DNA of 64,000 nucleotides from Vicinamibacterales bacterium (GTDB lineage Bacteria; Acidobacteriota; Vicinamibacteria; Vicinamibacterales; UBA2999): NCBI GenBank assembly GCA_035492455.1, contig DATJJE010000021.1, positions 104,242 to 168,241 of the forward strand, read 5' to 3'. Shown piece by piece: positions 61,701 to 64,000 of this stretch (position 1 is its first letter; each line of letters starts with the position of its first letter). The notes under the pieces were generated by a model. It saw only the letters and a program-made list of their open reading frames with translations, ran no database searches and was not told where the DNA came from. The position numbers and the translations under genes were made by a program.

Positions 61701-61772
61701 AAGCGTCGTCAGAACGCGGCGATAGAAACACAATCGCGGCGCACTGAAGGTTCCGTCCCATCGCGACGACAT
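58722..61772 (-). CDS. TonB-dependent receptor-like outer-membrane protein with an N-terminal CarboxypepD_reg-like domain
   Basis: 1016 aa. Signal-like N-terminus, followed by GRVVDASGAALQSASITVENPEAGFVTTVSTDAEGRYHVHAIPAGSYQV. The body is long and beta-rich. The C-terminus is ...SSRQVQLAAKLSF, with the terminal Phe of OM barrels. Confidence 0.85.
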   Translation of the reverse strand: MSSRWDGTFSAPRLCFYRRVLTTLVLPLGTAAVVSAQTLAALQGRVVDASGAALQSASITVENPEAGFVTTVSTDAEGRYHVHAIPAGSYQVTASADGFRREIIEDLTFEVGRTLVRDFHLNLGGRGEAVIVTAELPLLDQATSTVGHIVSPQTIRGAPLNGRHFVDLGPLLPGSLAPSQTGFSTTPVRGTGALAFNTAGNREEAVAYIVNGVTTNNLTFGSIGFPPPIASIEEFKVDNSTFRAEYGHVSGAVLNLISRSGTDQFRGEAYEFFRDDALDARNFFEFTSSHPHPFKRHQLGGSVGGPIIRGRTFFFATYEGLRQRQQLDLQAVVPGDVQRAAVTDPAIARLLPLIPRANYFDADGVPRFVGAGLAIVHENTWTADVRHNVGAADRLQVFMGRQQIRGREPASAGTNVPGFGQTRGIWKSTFTVNETHTFGAALLNEARFGQTAQDGHTLPSAALNPQDFGIANGVNRPIGLPQMIVAGALTFGGPATLPQGRKDTLYVFNDTVTHIVDRHSLRFGGEYRRFLNNNFAEGTGQFNFPSMAAFLSGTANAFNITLNRRWSHITEDAVSFFAQDAVRIGANLTLDIGLRYEWHVTPTERDNQFVVFDAPTASLVRVGVDVARIYRQNNRNFEPRLGLAWAPWGDSLTVIRGAYGLAVDQPSTTAVRDTAGNPPFATPLTATGSIALRDGVNAAQPIRLAPVTIDPRFRNASLRAWNVNIQRQLARDLSATVGYFGSRGAHLRISRNINQPIDGGVPFPSVDASSPIRPGEPLGAITQVESSGFSSYNGLWVSATKRLSRGLVFDASYTLSKSLDTNSLNSSGFAVQNGYDIAGEYGLSDFDARHRFVISAMYDLPFAGHALTRGWQLATIVQAQSGNPVNIVTSNSTLNGVPNTVRPNVIAPVRTIGSVDRWFDPSSFAAGNGFGNLRRNTVIGPSFINTDLSVVKKVSVGADHSLQLRVDAFDLFNHANFGSPGNVVGTPMFGKISRTRLPTGEAGSSRQVQLAAKLSF

Positions 61773-61970
61773 CTTTCAACCCTCGCGGGGGTCGAATTGT
61801 GTTCCGACGCTTGACCTTGATCAATCACAACATTTCGTGAGCAGCGAGTTTCAATGCAATAAACCCCAGTACCATCTATAACAGTCGTCCCAAGAGGCGC
61901 TTGCGGTCGTCGATCGCGCCGCCGGCCGCGCCCGACGTTCTCAACAGCGACCCGAGAGTATGATCCCGGC

Positions 61971-62873
61971 ATGAAAAGAACATTCCTGCTTGGGACCCTG
62001 CTCGTCATCGGGGCGCTGTCGATAGCGGCCGCGCAGCAGGCGCAGACGAAGCAGACGATCGACGTGCAAAAGGTTGCGGACAACTACTACGTGCTGCTCA
62101 GCTCGACGCCTGGCAACGATGCGACGTTCAGCGGCGGCAACGTCGGCGTGTTCATCACGAACAACGGCGTGGTGCTGATAGACACCAAGCTTGCGACGTG
62201 GGGTCAGACGTTTCTCGATCGCGTGAAATCGGTCACCAACAAACCGGTGACGATGATCATCAACACCCACACGCATGCCGACCACACCGGCAACGACGAT
62301 AAGTTCGGCACGAACGTCGAAATCGTGGCGCAGGAAAACACGAAGGCGAACATGGCGAAGATGGACGCCTTCAAGGGCGACAAGGCCGTGTTCCTGCCGA
62401 AGCGCACGTTCAAGGACACCATGACGCTCGGCAGCGGCAAGGAGCAGATCAACCTCTATTACTTCGGCGCCGGTCACACGAACGGTGACGCGATGATCTA
62501 CTTCCCCGCGCTGCGTGTGCTGCAGACCGGCGACCTGTTCGCGCGGAAAGACGCGCCGCGCATCGACCGCGCCAATGGCGGCAGCGGCGTCGCCTACCCG
62601 CAGACGCTGTCGAAAGCGGTCGGCACGCTCAAAGGCGTCGCCGTCGACGTTCTCGTCCCCGGCCACGCTCCGTTGATGAAGTGGAGCGACCTGCAGGAAT
62701 ACCAGCGCTTCACGTCAGATCTGCTGAACGAAGTCCAGACCGCACGCCGCGCCGGCAAGAACGCGGACGCCGCGGCGGCATCGATCAACCTGACGGATAA
62801 GTACAAGGGCTACACGTCGGAGGGAGTAAAGCTCGCTGTTCAGGCCATCTACGAAGAGCTGGGAGCCAAGTAG
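61971..62873 (+). CDS. secreted MBL-fold metallo-hydrolase (intact metal motifs)
   Basis: Signal peptide MKRTFLLGTLLVIGALSIAAAQQ. Motif 2 is HTHADH (62268-62285). Also present are GAGHTNGD, QTGDLF and VPGHAP. Confidence 0.85.
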   Translation: MKRTFLLGTLLVIGALSIAAAQQAQTKQTIDVQKVADNYYVLLSSTPGNDATFSGGNVGVFITNNGVVLIDTKLATWGQTFLDRVKSVTNKPVTMIINTHTHADHTGNDDKFGTNVEIVAQENTKANMAKMDAFKGDKAVFLPKRTFKDTMTLGSGKEQINLYYFGAGHTNGDAMIYFPALRVLQTGDLFARKDAPRIDRANGGSGVAYPQTLSKAVGTLKGVAVDVLVPGHAPLMKWSDLQEYQRFTSDLLNEVQTARRAGKNADAAAASINLTDKYKGYTSEGVKLAVQAIYEELGAK

Positions 62874-62897
62874 GACGGCTTCAGCCGGCCCGCTGAC

Positions 62898-64000
62898 TTA
62901 CCGTCCGAACGCGAGCAGCACGTTGCCGGGCATACCGCCGAACCGCGGATATCCGGAGTTGACCAGCACGACGCCGTTCGACACAACGGCACCCGCGCCA
63001 TCGAGCGAACCGCCTGTGGCCTTGACGCCGTTCACCGTGTCGAACGCCTTTGCCGTATCAACATCCCACAACAGCTTCCCGTCGGCCGCCGCAAACGCGC
63101 GCAGGTGGCCATCCATCGAGCCAGAGAAGACGACACCGGAAATCGCCGTGACTGCGGCGGGCTGCGCGGGACTGCAACCGGCGCGCGGTGGATCGCATGG
63201 AGTTCCCGGCACGTTCCACACCTTTGCGCCGTCGACCAATCTCAGAGCGGTCAGGCCGCCGCCCTGAACCGGGTCAAGTGTCGCGTTGCCGATCGGTGCC
63301 GGACCGCCGACACCGCCGGGCGGCCTCACGACGTCGGACACGGAGGCGTACACGCGTGTGCCGTCGCTCGCCATTCCCCACTGCACGCCGCCGTTGGTGC
63401 TGCCGCGACCCACGCGCGTCTGCCAGACGATCATTCCCTGCTGATCTGGATCGAGCGCGTAGACCATACCGGATTTCTGACCGGCGAAGAGCATGTCGCG
63501 ACCCGACGGCAGCGTGAGGAGCAGCGCCGACGATCCGAAATCGTGATCCGGTCCGTTTGACGGCGGGCAATTCACGCCGCCACCGCCGCACGCTGAGTTG
63601 TACACATCATTTGCGGTCGTCTGCTGCGACCAGACGATGCGGCCGCTCTTCAGGTCGAGCGCAAGCACGGCATCGCTCGTCTTCGTGGCGGGATACGAAT
63701 AGTTGTCGCCGCTGGTGATGTAGAGGACGCCACGCTTCGCGTCGACCGTGGGTGCCGACCAGACGCCTGCGCCAGAAGGCCCGAGCTGATCGACGCCGGC
63801 TTTCGTGATGCCGGTCTTTACCGGCGGATCGACGAGATACGTCTTCCACACAACCGTACCGTCGGTTACACGCAGTGCGGTCACGCTGCCGCGGAACGTG
63901 CAGCATCGATACTGAGGATCGATGGCGCGCGTCTCTTCCCACGACGCGGCAGGCACGAACACCACCCCCTCGTGCACGGCGGGCGAACCGGTCAGTCGAG
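62898..64000 (-). CDS. PQQ-type beta-propeller (quinoprotein dehydrogenase-like) protein; N-terminus beyond the window
   Basis: The frame stays open to the window end. Repeated propeller W-motifs are present (TVVWKT, RIVWSQ, MIVWQT, AKVWNV, KLLWDV). A vicinal Cys pair in QYRCCTFRGS resembles that of quinoprotein alcohol dehydrogenases. Confidence 0.6.
   Translation of the reverse strand, partial: RLTGSPAVHEGVVFVPAASWEETRAIDPQYRCCTFRGSVTALRVTDGTVVWKTYLVDPPVKTGITKAGVDQLGPSGAGVWSAPTVDAKRGVLYITSGDNYSYPATKTSDAVLALDLKSGRIVWSQQTTANDVYNSACGGGGVNCPPSNGPDHDFGSSALLLTLPSGRDMLFAGQKSGMVYALDPDQQGMIVWQTRVGRGSTNGGVQWGMASDGTRVYASVSDVVRPPGGVGGPAPIGNATLDPVQGGGLTALRLVDGAKVWNVPGTPCDPPRAGCSPAQPAAVTAISGVVFSGSMDGHLRAFAAADGKLLWDVDTAKAFDTVNGVKATGGSLDGAGAVVSNGVVLVNSGYPRFGGMPGNVLLAFGR

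Noticed and set aside
1-64000. Scan for CRISPR arrays, IS elements/transposases, integrases, rRNA and prophage genes
   Set aside because: I saw no regularly spaced direct repeats, no transposase- or integrase-like ORFs, and no rRNA-like sequence.

Overview
This is a GC-rich bacterial chromosomal window. Its gene content suggests an Acidobacteriota-like soil bacterium: a CarboxypepD_reg-type TonB-dependent receptor, a Ser/Thr-kinase remnant and many secreted hypotheticals. That assignment is inference only. I can support about 55 protein-coding genes, 2 tRNAs (Ser-GCU, Gln-CUG), 5 gene remnants, and a few hairpin or promoter candidates. I saw no rRNA, CRISPR array, IS element or integrase.

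Two things stand out. (1) A 16.8-kb minus-strand operon (4551-21389) holds five translationally coupled giant ORFs of 883, 1142, 1114, 1850 and 616 aa. I cannot place it in any characterised system. Its only catalytic signature is an M64-like HExxH..DEY zinc-peptidase motif in the first gene. Other features are a hydrophobic Gly-rich core in gene 2, a central TM hairpin in gene 3 and an N-terminal coiled coil in gene 4. This is my best candidate for a previously undescribed multi-protein system. (2) An accessory-looking region (30.5-62.9 kb) carries seven paralogs of a secreted 'W-E-G-x-T-L-V-V' family. It also holds two small secreted proteins whose mature N-terminus is predicted to be His-His, two paralogous sensor kinases with periplasmic solute-binding-like domains, two MBL-fold proteins (one with degenerate metal ligands), a TonB-dependent receptor and a SorAB-like sulfite dehydrogenase.

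Housekeeping genes (gltX, a pseudouridine synthase, tRNAs) are interspersed. Many long ORFs in the supplied track are GC-driven shadow frames and were rejected. All functional calls rest on motif recognition by eye; no searches were run.
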